DNA of 64,000 bases from a virus. A model generated the notes under the pieces. That model had not been told where the DNA came from, ran no database searches, and saw nothing but the letters and a program-made list of their open reading frames with translations. The DNA lies in the IMG/VR virus record IMGVR_UViG_3300003962_000007, positions 18,934-82,933 of that record; one strand, given 5' to 3'. Position numbers and translations under genes: made by a program. Position 1 is the first letter of the stretch. Each line of letters opens with the position of its first letter. This document shows, piece after piece, positions 54,994 through 64,000 of this stretch.

Positions 54994-57072
54994 TTAACTT
55001 TCTTTTAATCCAGGTCTAATATTAACGCCAGGAGGTGAAGTAAATGAATACCTAACTAAAGTTCCAACTGTGTTTGGTATGGTTCCTAATGGTAACCAGC
55101 TAATACCATTATCGGTAGAATATTCAAAATTACTAGCATTTGTTACTGTATTATGATTAACCAAAAGAGCATCTGATAAATCGTAAGCTCTGTAATATAG
55201 AGTAGGAACGGCAGAGGAATATGCTAATTTTAATCTAAATGCTGTTCTAGACGGCGATCCATTATCGGAAAAATCATCACTAAATTCCCAATTATCAGAA
55301 ATACCGTTATTTGCATCCACACCAATTAAAAGTTCATTAATTTGTGCCGGGGTAGAGCTACCTTCAGATTGAACATTAAATAAAATTTTAAATTGAATTT
55401 GATTGCTAGTAATTACAGAGGCTGTTAAGTCTGCGTAATTATCTAAATCTATCCAACCACCAGTAATTGAACCAAACCCAGAAGTTCTATACTGAACTTT
55501 AATATTACCTGTACTATCCGCTAATTTTTCCCAACTAGTTATAAACTTTAAAGTAGAGTTAGGGTTATTTAAAACTTTAGTAACTATGTAGGAAGTTCCG
55601 TAAAATGAGTCAGAAGTAAAGTCAACTGCTAAGATACCTCTTTGACCTACTGTATTGCCTGCAGCAAATAACCAACCAGACGCGTTGTCTATACCTATTA
55701 CGGTAACCATTCCTAAGTTAACCGTATCTACAGAAATAGTTTCATAATATTGGTTATTTAATTCCCCAGTAATCGATTGTATTACGTTATTTACAACTTG
55801 TTTTGTAATGAATTTAGAGGTATTTGTTACATAAGTACCCGCGTCTAATATGTTAGACCAGCTCGCAAACGCATTAGTTGGAGCAGTGATTAAATTCGTA
55901 GAGCCTAAAATATTAGAGGTCGTAAGTGACGGCCAAGTAACTGCCCCCGATGTTAATTCGGACAAAAGTCCTAAATAAAAATTAGTAGTAGTTGATAAAA
56001 AAGCGCAAGTATTACCATTTAATACACCACCATTTAAAGGTGCTGCTACTGGAACTGCTCTATCTTCGCTGTCGTTAGACAGTAACGTTCCGGTAAGTGC
56101 AGGTAAGTTGCCTGTTTTATGAACCCAATTAGACCCGGTAGTTCCCCAAGCTCGTCCGATAGTACCGGCAGAAATATCGGTTGTAAAGTTAATTGCGGCA
56201 CCACCACTTGTTAATGAAAGTTGATAACTTACGCCAGCAACCGCTCCGACAACGAAATAAGGAAGACCAGTAACTAATCCTGCTCCGCCAGTTAATGCAG
56301 AAAAAATAACTGGAGTTCCGTTAACAAAGGTATGTCCAGCGTCATTTATTGTGTTAGTTGCTTCCGTACCAGTGATAGCATTGGTTGTCCAGGTAGGGGC
56401 AGTATTTGTTGAATACACATAATATTGATGTGTTGCAGAAACGCCATTATGTACATATATTCTATTAGACGCTTCATCTAAAACTGCGCCTACGCTAGCT
56501 ATATTTAATTGACCAACACCTATGTTCGATGGGTCTTGTAAAAAATAAACAGCCTTAGCGTCTGAAGAAGTGGCCATAGGAATTGTTGGATGTCCTATTG
56601 GTATAAAATCAGCCTTATCAATTTTATTTGCCAAGAATAAGCCACCGTTAATCGTTACCGTTGCAGTAGTTGCAACAAAGATTTTCCAATTAGTTGTTCC
56701 AGTATCAATTACTTTAAATGCTCTTATCGTATGAACAGTTGCAGCTAAGTTAGGTAATTGGATATCTATTCTACCAACATAAGAATGTGCGCCAGTTGAA
56801 AAATCAAAATCATAAAGTAGAATTGGTAGTGTGTCGTAGCTTGTTCCGTTAACCGCGGCTCCTAACACAAAAAGTCTACCATCATCGGTACAATAAACTT
56901 GTGCTGGGGTTTGTGCTGTGTCAGTAAATACATCGATAAACTTAGAAAGAGGAGCACCTAAAACAGTTTGTGAATCAACTGTTTTTGAATAAACTCTACC
57001 TTGAATGGTAGTTTTAGTTTGATCATATGATCCTACAACATCATTCAATAAGTCTGCTTTAATATATTTCAT
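54994..57072 (-). CDS. large beta-rich virion protein (spike/fibre-like)
   Basis: T/S/G/N-rich; H.F.NG.PV.F...GG.GL..G..YFV module. Confidence 0.6.
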   Translation of the reverse strand: MKYIKADLLNDVVGSYDQTKTTIQGRVYSKTVDSQTVLGAPLSKFIDVFTDTAQTPAQVYCTDDGRLFVLGAAVNGTSYDTLPILLYDFDFSTGAHSYVGRIDIQLPNLAATVHTIRAFKVIDTGTTNWKIFVATTATVTINGGLFLANKIDKADFIPIGHPTIPMATSSDAKAVYFLQDPSNIGVGQLNIASVGAVLDEASNRIYVHNGVSATHQYYVYSTNTAPTWTTNAITGTEATNTINDAGHTFVNGTPVIFSALTGGAGLVTGLPYFVVGAVAGVSYQLSLTSGGAAINFTTDISAGTIGRAWGTTGSNWVHKTGNLPALTGTLLSNDSEDRAVPVAAPLNGGVLNGNTCAFLSTTTNFYLGLLSELTSGAVTWPSLTTSNILGSTNLITAPTNAFASWSNILDAGTYVTNTSKFITKQVVNNVIQSITGELNNQYYETISVDTVNLGMVTVIGIDNASGWLFAAGNTVGQRGILAVDFTSDSFYGTSYIVTKVLNNPNSTLKFITSWEKLADSTGNIKVQYRTSGFGSITGGWIDLDNYADLTASVITSNQIQFKILFNVQSEGSSTPAQINELLIGVDANNGISDNWEFSDDFSDNGSPSRTAFRLKLAYSSAVPTLYYRAYDLSDALLVNHNTVTNASNFEYSTDNGISWLPLGTIPNTVGTLVRYSFTSPPGVNIRPGLKES

Positions 57073-57082
57073 TATTTACCTC

Positions 57083-58105
57083 TTAAACTATTGACCAAAC
57101 ACTAGAATCTCTTCTATATCTTGTTCCAACAAGAGTATAATTAAATTCTCTTTTAACCGTAATACCTGGAAATGTAGAACTTGTGTATTCTACACTAATA
57201 ATTCTTTGATTTTTATTACCAAAATCAGCATAACTATAGTCTTCTTCTCTATCATGGGATGCTAAAACTTGTTGTCTTTGATTATAGACATACCCATATT
57301 CAGTTCCGGTAGACCCATCTATAGTCCCAGATATTTTAATAGGCTCACCCGTTAAAGACGCATTAACATTTATGGGGCTATGGTCACTAGCTAAAACAAC
57401 TGGCATGGAATTAACCATGGTTTGTTGGCCTAGACTAGAAGGTATGCCATTATCTATACTCGTTAGGCTGTTAGATATATTGGTTAATTGAGTAATTTGA
57501 GAGTCTTGTTTAGACTCAGTAGCCGCATTAGTAGAAAGAGGAAGAGCTGGTTGATCTGATGCCAAAATAACTGGCATAGAATTAACAGATGTTTGTTGAC
57601 CTAAAGAAGCAGGTATACCGGCATCAATTGAATTTAAAACCGTTATTTGGCTGTCTTGTTTAGCTTCAGTAGCAGCTCCGGTTGGTAAAGGTAAAGAAGA
57701 AGCTGTAACTGTTATTGGTGCAGTTAACTTACTATCAATTGAATTTAGAATAGTAATTTGAGTATCTTGTTTAGCTTCAGTAGCTGCGCCAACTACGTTA
57801 ACGTTAATAGACCCATCAGCTTCAATAGCTAAATCGTTGGTTCCGTCAGATATAGCAATATTATCGCCACTAGCTGCGTCTATATTTACGTTAGCGTTTA
57901 TTGATCCGTCATTTTCGATTGCTAATAGATTATCTGTAACTCTATCTTTAATAGCAATATCAGATTCTTCAGCATCGATTTGAATGTCGCCAATAGACGC
58001 AGTGACAGATGCATCTACCCTAAGGCGGTCTGCTGATTCGTCAAACGCTTGCTGAAGAACTTGGTCTGCACTTAATGATGTATATGGTGAATTAGGACCT
58101 GGCAT
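57083..58105 (-). CDS. fibre protein with tandem repeats
   Basis: 3x AATExKQDxQITxLxxI, 2x LGQQTxVNSMPVxLASD, 2x LAIExDGSINxN. Confidence 0.7.
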   Translation of the reverse strand: MPGPNSPYTSLSADQVLQQAFDESADRLRVDASVTASIGDIQIDAEESDIAIKDRVTDNLLAIENDGSINANVNIDAASGDNIAISDGTNDLAIEADGSINVNVVGAATEAKQDTQITILNSIDSKLTAPITVTASSLPLPTGAATEAKQDSQITVLNSIDAGIPASLGQQTSVNSMPVILASDQPALPLSTNAATESKQDSQITQLTNISNSLTSIDNGIPSSLGQQTMVNSMPVVLASDHSPINVNASLTGEPIKISGTIDGSTGTEYGYVYNQRQQVLASHDREEDYSYADFGNKNQRIISVEYTSSTFPGITVKREFNYTLVGTRYRRDSSVWSIV

Positions 58106-58113
58106 ATTATATA

Positions 58114-58124
58114 ATAGTTGTTAA
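58114..58124 (-). promoter_or_regulatory. putative late promoter motif
   Basis: TTAACAACTAT, 8 nt before ATG 58105. Confidence 0.7.
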
Positions 58125-58267
58125 AAAACAGCCAATACAAAGTTAATTGCTAAACTAGTGAAAAATAACACTTTATATTGTTGTTTGGTAAGCCTTACCT
58201 TAGTGAAAATACTAGTTTTTTTGGGTCTAAATTGTAAAATTTTAGCATCATTATTATTCTTTGGCAT
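58121..58267 (-). CDS. 48-aa tail-anchored membrane microprotein
   Basis: MPKNNNDAKILQFRPKK...VLFFTSLAINFVLAVF*; AAGG upstream. Confidence 0.55.
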   Translation of the reverse strand: MPKNNNDAKILQFRPKKTSIFTKVRLTKQQYKVLFFTSLAINFVLAVF

Positions 58268-58694
58268 TTAACACCTTAAATTTTCTAGCCCTTGGAGTAT
58301 CTAAGTGCTTTTTAATACTAGGTTTTTTTAAATTATGTCCTTTTTCCCAAGCGGCTGCAACTTCTTCGTCAGAAAGACCTCTTTTATCTTTCATATAAGA
58401 AAGCATGGCCCCTGCCATTGCCTCTTCAAATTCTGGGTTATTTCTAGCAAGCTCTTCCAATTCTTGTTTACTCATTCCTTCGTTAATGTTAGAAGGGAAC
58501 CTTTTAGTCATCTCAACTAGAGTATTAGGCATCATACCATAAGTTCCAATAGCTTTATCTCCCTTATGAGGCCCAGAAGTCATCACTTCATGGTCAGTAT
58601 CAATGCCGCCAGAACTTTCCAGCATACCAATTTTTTCTAATAAGGCCTTGTTTTTTAAGGCTTTATTGTCTCTAGGATCATTATAATTGCTCAT
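58254..58694 (-). CDS. lysozyme-like / lytic transglycosylase domain protein
   Basis: LESSGG (catalytic Glu), AIGTYGMMPNT, AAAW..G. Confidence 0.7.
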   Translation of the reverse strand: MSNYNDPRDNKALKNKALLEKIGMLESSGGIDTDHEVMTSGPHKGDKAIGTYGMMPNTLVEMTKRFPSNINEGMSKQELEELARNNPEFEEAMAGAMLSYMKDKRGLSDEEVAAAWEKGHNLKKPSIKKHLDTPRARKFKVLNAKE

Positions 58695-60754
58695 TATTTA
58701 ACATTCCCCATTAGTTGATCTTGTAAGGCTGCATTAGGTAAAACGTTACCAGAGACTTCAGGAAGCCCAGGAAGAGGCATTGGTTGTCCGTCTGGACCTA
58801 CCATTACTTCTTGAGGTTGATCGGCTCCTGGAGGCTTTGGTGCGTTACCCTTAGGTTGTCCGCCGCCTTGTCCTTGTTGAGGAGCTTGTTCCATAGGAGG
58901 AGAGCCAGGAGGAGGTAAAGGTTGTTGACCGGTAAGCTGTAATACTCTTGGGTCTGTAAAAGTTAATTTATCGATATGTTCTTGAATATGATCATGAACT
59001 ATTTTTACAATCTCAGGGTTCATTCTAAGGTCTGGATTATCTAATACAGCTCTGTGCTCTTGAATATGGAAAGCATGAATATCAAAAGGAGAAACAGGGG
59101 GGTTCTTACCTTCAGACAACCACTCGTTTTCTTGACGAACGAGAAGTTGTTGACTTACGTCACCTTCAAACATTACATCAATACGTCCAGTATTCATTAC
59201 TTGAATGTACTGAGTTGGGTCTTTAATGATACCCATTTGCATCATTTCTTGAGCCATTTGAACACGGCCCGCTGTGGTTCTAGCTAGAGGGTTACCAACA
59301 TCTACAACAACGCGGTTAATAGAATTAAGATCGTCACCAGTAAACTCTTTAAGAAGCATCTTTTGGTTTTTACCAACAAGAGCAACTACTTTGGGAGTAT
59401 TAGCGTAGTCTTTTAGAATCTGAATAACTGCAGTTCCAGAGTCTTCAATAAGTTGAACGTATGATTGTTGAAGACCGGAAACAAACTGTAACGCCATAGA
59501 TTGAACTAGAGCAAGAGCTGTACCAGATTTAAGAGAAGCTTCAGGCTGACCTCTAGCAACTGAGTTAACACCTGACAAGGTTTCAGAAGCTTGAATTAGC
59601 ATCTCTAAGAATTTAAAAGTTTCAGGAGCAGTAGCGGTTAATTGAATTGGTTCAGGTTTAGCATTACCTTCAATAATATTCATACCACCGTTTAAACTAT
59701 CTACAGACAAGTCTGCGCCTCTTTGTACAAACAAGTTCTGTACGCCAAACGCGTTATTGTTTGTCATAATAGTAGAATACAAAGAATCAATACTTTGTTG
59801 TAGAGGAAATACATCGAACATTGGTGAATATCCGTAAGGAGTTCCAAGAATTTCACCGGCAGAAACACGGAATACTGGCATAACTCTATAAGGTAGTGGA
59901 GTGTCCATCATTACCGCTTCAGGGGTTACAAAGTAAAGGTAACGTCCTTCAGGCAAAGCTTCTGTCTTTTTATGAAAAAACTCATATACAGGAATATCGT
60001 CAGTGTCATCGTTCGAAAGTAGAGCCATTCTATAAACAGAAGCATCTGCTTTAGAAGGAATGCCTTTAATTTGTTCAGCTAGCTCAGGGAACTTAGCCAT
60101 AATGTCAAATCTATTTTTGAATGTTCTGATTAGATACCAATCTTGTTTGTGAGTTTCTTTGGTTCCATCAAATACTACATCGAAAGGAGAAAGATTTGTA
60201 AACTCAATTTCACCTTCTTTAATCTCAATTCCTTTTTCATCAATGTCATAGATTTCACCGGCAGTAGCATTCCATTCCATTTTAATGAAGCCAGCACCCA
60301 TTACTACGGCCATCTCTACAGCCATTTTAAGAGCATCTTCAAGATGTTTTTCTCTCATATAGTAATCGAGAATACCATTAGCTAGATAAGTTTGAGCCAT
60401 TGATTTATAATCACTATTAATAGCTCTTGCTTCCATTACAGGACGATTTGCTGTAATCATTACATAGATATGCTGGGCTAAGTTTCTAAAATGATTTACG
60501 TGAAGTCTAACAAGCTCGTCTTGTTCTCCGGTAAAAGAAATTTGATGTCCAACACCTACGCTAACATCGAAAGCTCCATGATAAGCTCTCCACATTCTAG
60601 CGAGTTTTTCTAGGTAAGCATTAGCCTCTAATACATTATAAAAAGACTTAGATTTAGCTAAAAGAACAGAAGCAGCTTCTTTGCCTGGCTTGGCAGCAAA
60701 ATAGGTACTTTTATCAGAATTACTTAAATTCGAGCTGTTTGGAGATTCTGCCAT
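58694..60754 (-). CDS. portal protein
   Basis: 686 aa after terminase; G.GFIK.EW, SPFDV.FD, PYGYSP, LSGVN.VARG...SGTA; Pro/Gln tail. Confidence 0.85.
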   Translation of the reverse strand: MAESPNSSNLSNSDKSTYFAAKPGKEAASVLLAKSKSFYNVLEANAYLEKLARMWRAYHGAFDVSVGVGHQISFTGEQDELVRLHVNHFRNLAQHIYVMITANRPVMEARAINSDYKSMAQTYLANGILDYYMREKHLEDALKMAVEMAVVMGAGFIKMEWNATAGEIYDIDEKGIEIKEGEIEFTNLSPFDVVFDGTKETHKQDWYLIRTFKNRFDIMAKFPELAEQIKGIPSKADASVYRMALLSNDDTDDIPVYEFFHKKTEALPEGRYLYFVTPEAVMMDTPLPYRVMPVFRVSAGEILGTPYGYSPMFDVFPLQQSIDSLYSTIMTNNNAFGVQNLFVQRGADLSVDSLNGGMNIIEGNAKPEPIQLTATAPETFKFLEMLIQASETLSGVNSVARGQPEASLKSGTALALVQSMALQFVSGLQQSYVQLIEDSGTAVIQILKDYANTPKVVALVGKNQKMLLKEFTGDDLNSINRVVVDVGNPLARTTAGRVQMAQEMMQMGIIKDPTQYIQVMNTGRIDVMFEGDVSQQLLVRQENEWLSEGKNPPVSPFDIHAFHIQEHRAVLDNPDLRMNPEIVKIVHDHIQEHIDKLTFTDPRVLQLTGQQPLPPPGSPPMEQAPQQGQGGGQPKGNAPKPPGADQPQEVMVGPDGQPMPLPGLPEVSGNVLPNAALQDQLMGNVK

Positions 60755-60757
60755 TTT

Positions 60758-62218
60758 TTACTTCCTTTTGATACCAAAAATTTTTCTATAAGTTTCTAGT
60801 GTTTTTGAGTTGTACCTATTATAGTTGTTATTATTTGGGATAAAAACGTCACCTGGACCAAGGTCATATCCAACTGGATAAGGGTTCTTTGATAACAATA
60901 CGTTTCTGCACAAGTATATTAAAGCGTCAACTAGATCATAATGACCGTTATCGGGTGAGCGACCGAAGGTGTTTTTATTCTTAGCAGATGCCCATTTAAC
61001 ATTACGTAAGTGCCTGATAAGATTGACACATCTTGGATTTATAATAATCTTTTTAGCTCCAATTAAAGCTCTCATGTTATTAATTGCTGTCTCTTTATCG
61101 TCTTTTTTAGTTGGAGTGAACGATACCAACCCCCCTGATTTTACAGCAATTTCTTGAGTTACGATGTGGTTAGTATCACTAACACGCATGTATGGCTTTT
61201 TAAACTCATTTGTAATTATATTAGTCCAAAGCTGTTGTTCTTTTTGATGAATTAAATCAGTTAACTTACTGATATTCATGTCTTTTTTAGAAAAATCAGC
61301 AACAATCTCATCTTCTATAATAATTTTATTGGCTCTAAAATCGTAATAAGCGAAGATAACCCCGGTTAAATCGATAGCTCCAAGGTCCATAGCAACATAT
61401 GCATCAAAGAAGGGAGGTTTGGGCCACTCCCTTACAATCTCTTTCTCTAGTTGTTCAGTAAATTCAGGTATTACTGCGATGTCTTGATTTTTAATAATCT
61501 CGCAAATAAACTCTCTTCTAAACCTTTCGTCCCTCTCTCTTAGAGCATATTGACTTAATATTCTTTCAATATCTTCAGGAGTAATTCTAGGGTTATCGTA
61601 AATTGTTCTTTTAATTAACGAGCCTTTTTGTTCAGCCTCTTCAATATACGTTACAAATTTATGATCTGTCTCATTGGGAGGGGTTCCCGCCATTAAGATT
61701 CTACCATTAGTAGTCAAAGTTGTAGGTAATAGAATTGATTGAATTACGTTATCTAAGTCGCTAACATCTTGACTTTCATCAATAATTGCAAGATTGGAGC
61801 TGCCTCCCCTAAGTTTTTCGGCGTTTCCAGCTTCAGAACCGGCAAGTTGTAATTCTGATCCGTTAGGGAAATAGTAAATAAAGTCCTGTGTTTTAAATTC
61901 TGGAAGAATATCTTTAGGGCAGTCTTCTGTAATCTGTTGAATTAGAGGACGAATAATTGTTTGTACTTGTAATCTAGTAGGAGCTACAAACTTAACAATA
62001 GACCTAGGATTTCTTAAACAAACCTCAAAAGCTAAGACTAAAAGAGTAAACGTTTTCCCGCTTCTGCGAGCAAGTAGCCAAGTTTGAATACTATGATCAG
62101 ACTCATGAAATAACTTATACAAATCTTTTTGATTTGAATCGAGCTTCCATGATAGGAAACCCCTACGCCACGCTTCGTGCTTAGCTTCTAGAGGATTTAA
62201 TACAGGCTTATTATCCAT
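60758..62218 (-). CDS. terL: terminase large subunit
   Basis: ARRSGKT, LRGG...IIDE, AGTP, AMDLG, HYDLVDAL.Y. Confidence 0.95.
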   Translation of the reverse strand: MDNKPVLNPLEAKHEAWRRGFLSWKLDSNQKDLYKLFHESDHSIQTWLLARRSGKTFTLLVLAFEVCLRNPRSIVKFVAPTRLQVQTIIRPLIQQITEDCPKDILPEFKTQDFIYYFPNGSELQLAGSEAGNAEKLRGGSSNLAIIDESQDVSDLDNVIQSILLPTTLTTNGRILMAGTPPNETDHKFVTYIEEAEQKGSLIKRTIYDNPRITPEDIERILSQYALRERDERFRREFICEIIKNQDIAVIPEFTEQLEKEIVREWPKPPFFDAYVAMDLGAIDLTGVIFAYYDFRANKIIIEDEIVADFSKKDMNISKLTDLIHQKEQQLWTNIITNEFKKPYMRVSDTNHIVTQEIAVKSGGLVSFTPTKKDDKETAINNMRALIGAKKIIINPRCVNLIRHLRNVKWASAKNKNTFGRSPDNGHYDLVDALIYLCRNVLLSKNPYPVGYDLGPGDVFIPNNNNYNRYNSKTLETYRKIFGIKRK

Positions 62219-62642
62219 TCGAACCGTTAATTAAAGTAAGAAGTTCATTATCGCTAATAGCTTTAATCGGTTTCTCATCTTTTTTCTTTACTTCTTCTTT
62301 ATCTGTTAAAATTTTGTTAAAAATGTCTAATTTTTTAGTCTCTTCTAAAGTCAATTCTCTTCCGAAAGAAACATCTCTTAACATTCTAATTTGAACTTGA
62401 GCAATGGTTTTAGCATCGTTTAAAACTTTTAAGTCAGGACCAACTAGATTACCATCAGCATTAAGCTGACCTAAGCTAGAAGGTTCAATTTGAGTTTTAG
62501 GAGCAGCTTCTTTTTTATTAAGTTGCTCTTCTAACTCCTTGATTTTCTTAGTTAAAGAAAGAATTTGCTTAAATTGTGAACCAGCAAAAATCTTTAATTC
62601 TTCAACAGTTTTATACTGTTCTACTAATTGATCGATATTCAT
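62211..62642 (-). CDS. hypothetical protein (terminase small subunit candidate by position)
   Basis: Overlaps terL start; helical; ends ISDNELL. Confidence 0.5.
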   Translation of the reverse strand: MNIDQLVEQYKTVEELKIFAGSQFKQILSLTKKIKELEEQLNKKEAAPKTQIEPSSLGQLNADGNLVGPDLKVLNDAKTIAQVQIRMLRDVSFGRELTLEETKKLDIFNKILTDKEEVKKKDEKPIKAISDNELLTLINGSNG

Positions 62643-62935
62643 TATTTAACCGTTTTAAATCCATTAGACATTTTAATACCGACAACAGCATTCGCTACGT
62701 TGTTTCTAAGCTGATCTGTTTCGTTTTTAATAGAATCTAAGTCTTTTTTAACTGAGGTAAGTTCTTGTTTTAATTCAGTTATTTCTTTATTTTTAACTTG
62801 CCAATGAAACAAAAAGTGAGCACCTGCTAAAACCATAATAACAAGAGCATCGGGAAGAGTAGCACCAAAAGCTAATAGTTTGCCTGTGTAACCGACAACC
62901 AACAAGGCAAGAAGATATCTGTCGAGATTAGTCAT
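62642..62935 (-). CDS. two-TM + coiled-coil membrane protein
   Basis: GAGG SD before ATG 62935 (MTNLDRYLLALL...). Confidence 0.65.
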   Translation of the reverse strand: MTNLDRYLLALLVVGYTGKLLAFGATLPDALVIMVLAGAHFLFHWQVKNKEITELKQELTSVKKDLDSIKNETDQLRNNVANAVVGIKMSNGFKTVK

Positions 62936-63038
62936 AAAACCTCTATAAGTGATTGATATTGTTGAAGCTTTTCTACGTTGTCCGCTAAATGTGTAGTTGC
63001 TATAGGAATAGCTGTCGGTATTGTAATAACGCTTCAAT

Positions 63039-63061
63039 ATAGTTGTTAAAATAACAACTTA
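63039..63061. promoter_or_regulatory. back-to-back late promoter motifs
   Basis: Minus TTAACAACTAT (63039-63049) and plus ATAACAACTTA (63051-63061) form an inverted repeat between divergent genes. Confidence 0.65.
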
Positions 63062-63068
63062 TAGTATA

Positions 63069-63605
63069 ATGTTAAACGAACGTATATGCCCGATATGTCA
63101 CTCTTATATGGGGTTAAAGGTAGATTTATCGGGATGGCTTAAATGCCCTTCGTGTTCGTTTTGTAAAAAGGAAGAAAAATCTATGGTAACGGCTGATGAA
63201 ATATTAATGGGTCGAGCTAAATTTGAAGAGCTTTCCGACGAATTAAAAAAGAATCTAGAAGAGTTACTAATTGCTGTAAATAAATTAAGGGAAGCGTATG
63301 GTAAGCCTATGGTTGTTTCAAGCGGCTACAGACCAGCAGCAAACAATGACAAGGCTGGTGGGTCTAAAAAATCATCTCATATGAGTTTACAAGCGGTAGA
63401 TTTTAGAGACAATGGCGACTTATTTGAATTTATTAAAAAAGACCCAAAAATACTAGAGAGTTGCGGGTTATATATGGAAGACCCAAGATGGACTAAAACG
63501 TGGGTACACGTACAGATAAGACCAACCAGCAAAAGAATTTTCTTACCTTATTCAGACGGAAGGCCCGCTACTGCACCTGAAAGAGAAATTAAGTGGCCTT
63601 CTTAA
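63069..63605 (+). CDS. peptidase M15A endolysin (N-terminal CxxC..CxxC extension; alternative start 63183)
   Basis: VSSGYRP, SSHMSLQAVD (SxHxxxxAxD), WVH. Confidence 0.85.
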   Translation: MLNERICPICHSYMGLKVDLSGWLKCPSCSFCKKEEKSMVTADEILMGRAKFEELSDELKKNLEELLIAVNKLREAYGKPMVVSSGYRPAANNDKAGGSKKSSHMSLQAVDFRDNGDLFEFIKKDPKILESCGLYMEDPRWTKTWVHVQIRPTSKRIFLPYSDGRPATAPEREIKWPS

Positions 63606-63861
63606 TTTTCTTATAAAGCTTTCGAAAAACCATATCCGCAGGCAACCCTGCTTTAGTCTCTTCAGCAATATAAGCTTCTAATTGAATTTTTGTCTTAGTT
63701 AAAAGCTTATTATAACGTTCTTTAATATCTTCAAATAGCTCGTAATGATTTTTATTATCTGGCTCTTTATCTACAAGGTCTTTTAGATTTTTAATAGCTT
63801 TAGATAAATCATGTATCTCATACATATTGAATTGAATTTCTTCTCTAAGCTGTTCAAACAT
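63589..63861 (-). CDS. hypothetical protein
   Basis: GAGGA SD, 90-aa helical ORF. Confidence 0.65.
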   Translation of the reverse strand: MFEQLREEIQFNMYEIHDLSKAIKNLKDLVDKEPDNKNHYELFEDIKERYNKLLTKTKIQLEAYIAEETKAGLPADMVFRKLYKKIKKAT

Positions 63862-64000
63862 TATTCCTCTGTTTCGTAGAAATACTTATCATTAACAGAT
63901 TTAACATCTTCTTCGGCAAAATAGATATGTGTGTTTATTTTATAATCGGGAATCTCTTGTTTAATTCTCGAGCTGTCTTTCCATAATATACGGTTATTAG
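63861..64000 (-). CDS. 3' end of hypothetical protein (truncated by window edge)
   Basis: Open frame ...KYFYETEE* with TAATG overlap into next gene. Confidence 0.45.
   Translation of the reverse strand, partial: NNRILWKDSSRIKQEIPDYKINTHIYFAEEDVKSVNDKYFYETEE

Noticed and set aside
43567..58105. Diversity-generating retroelement acting on fibres
   Set aside because: No reverse transcriptase and no TR/VR pair; the repeats are in-frame protein repeats
62936..63037. TTG start for the 62642 gene
   Set aside because: The TTG abuts the promoter motif; an SD-led ATG at 62935 fits better
1..64000. Genome-wide TAG recoding (code 15)
   Set aside because: Long genes are intact under code 11 and several end in TAG (1366, 20951, 21972, 22706, 32891, 37871); only one internal TAG was seen
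1..64000. Prophage / host flanks
   Set aside because: No integrase, repressor, att site or bacterial housekeeping block in the window

Overview
This window is a 64-kb internal segment of an AT-rich, tailed dsDNA phage. No integrase, repressor or host genes are visible, so it is probably lytic. The two arms converge at about 25.6 kb. The plus arm (1-25.6 kb) carries early/middle genes: three calcineurin-like phosphoesterases, two paralogous AAA+ ATPases, class II ribonucleotide reductase, ThyX, dUTPase, a DUF5664-like dNTP diphosphohydrolase, a Cas4-like PD-(D/E)XK nuclease, ERF recombinase, a primase-helicase fusion, family B DNA polymerase and a membrane-anchored ClpP-like protease. The minus arm (25.6-63 kb) carries podovirus-type morphogenesis genes: terminase, portal, scaffold, major capsid, adaptor, nozzle, fibres and ejection proteins. 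It also holds two homing endonucleases and a Dps-like protein, with a divergent M15 endolysin at the right end. The most notable unannotated signals are: (1) nine near-consensus sigma70 promoters, seven with an ATG at the predicted +1 (leaderless), one of them nested in-frame inside the nuclease gene; (2) a separate late-promoter motif, TTAACAACTAW, found before late genes; (3) a ~155-nt tRNA-shaped non-coding RNA preceded by a short terminated RNA; (4) repeated operator-like hairpins before the scaffold and capsid genes; and (5) an operon of four exported or membrane proteins led by the ClpP-like protease. All product calls come from motif recognition by eye, and no database searches were run.
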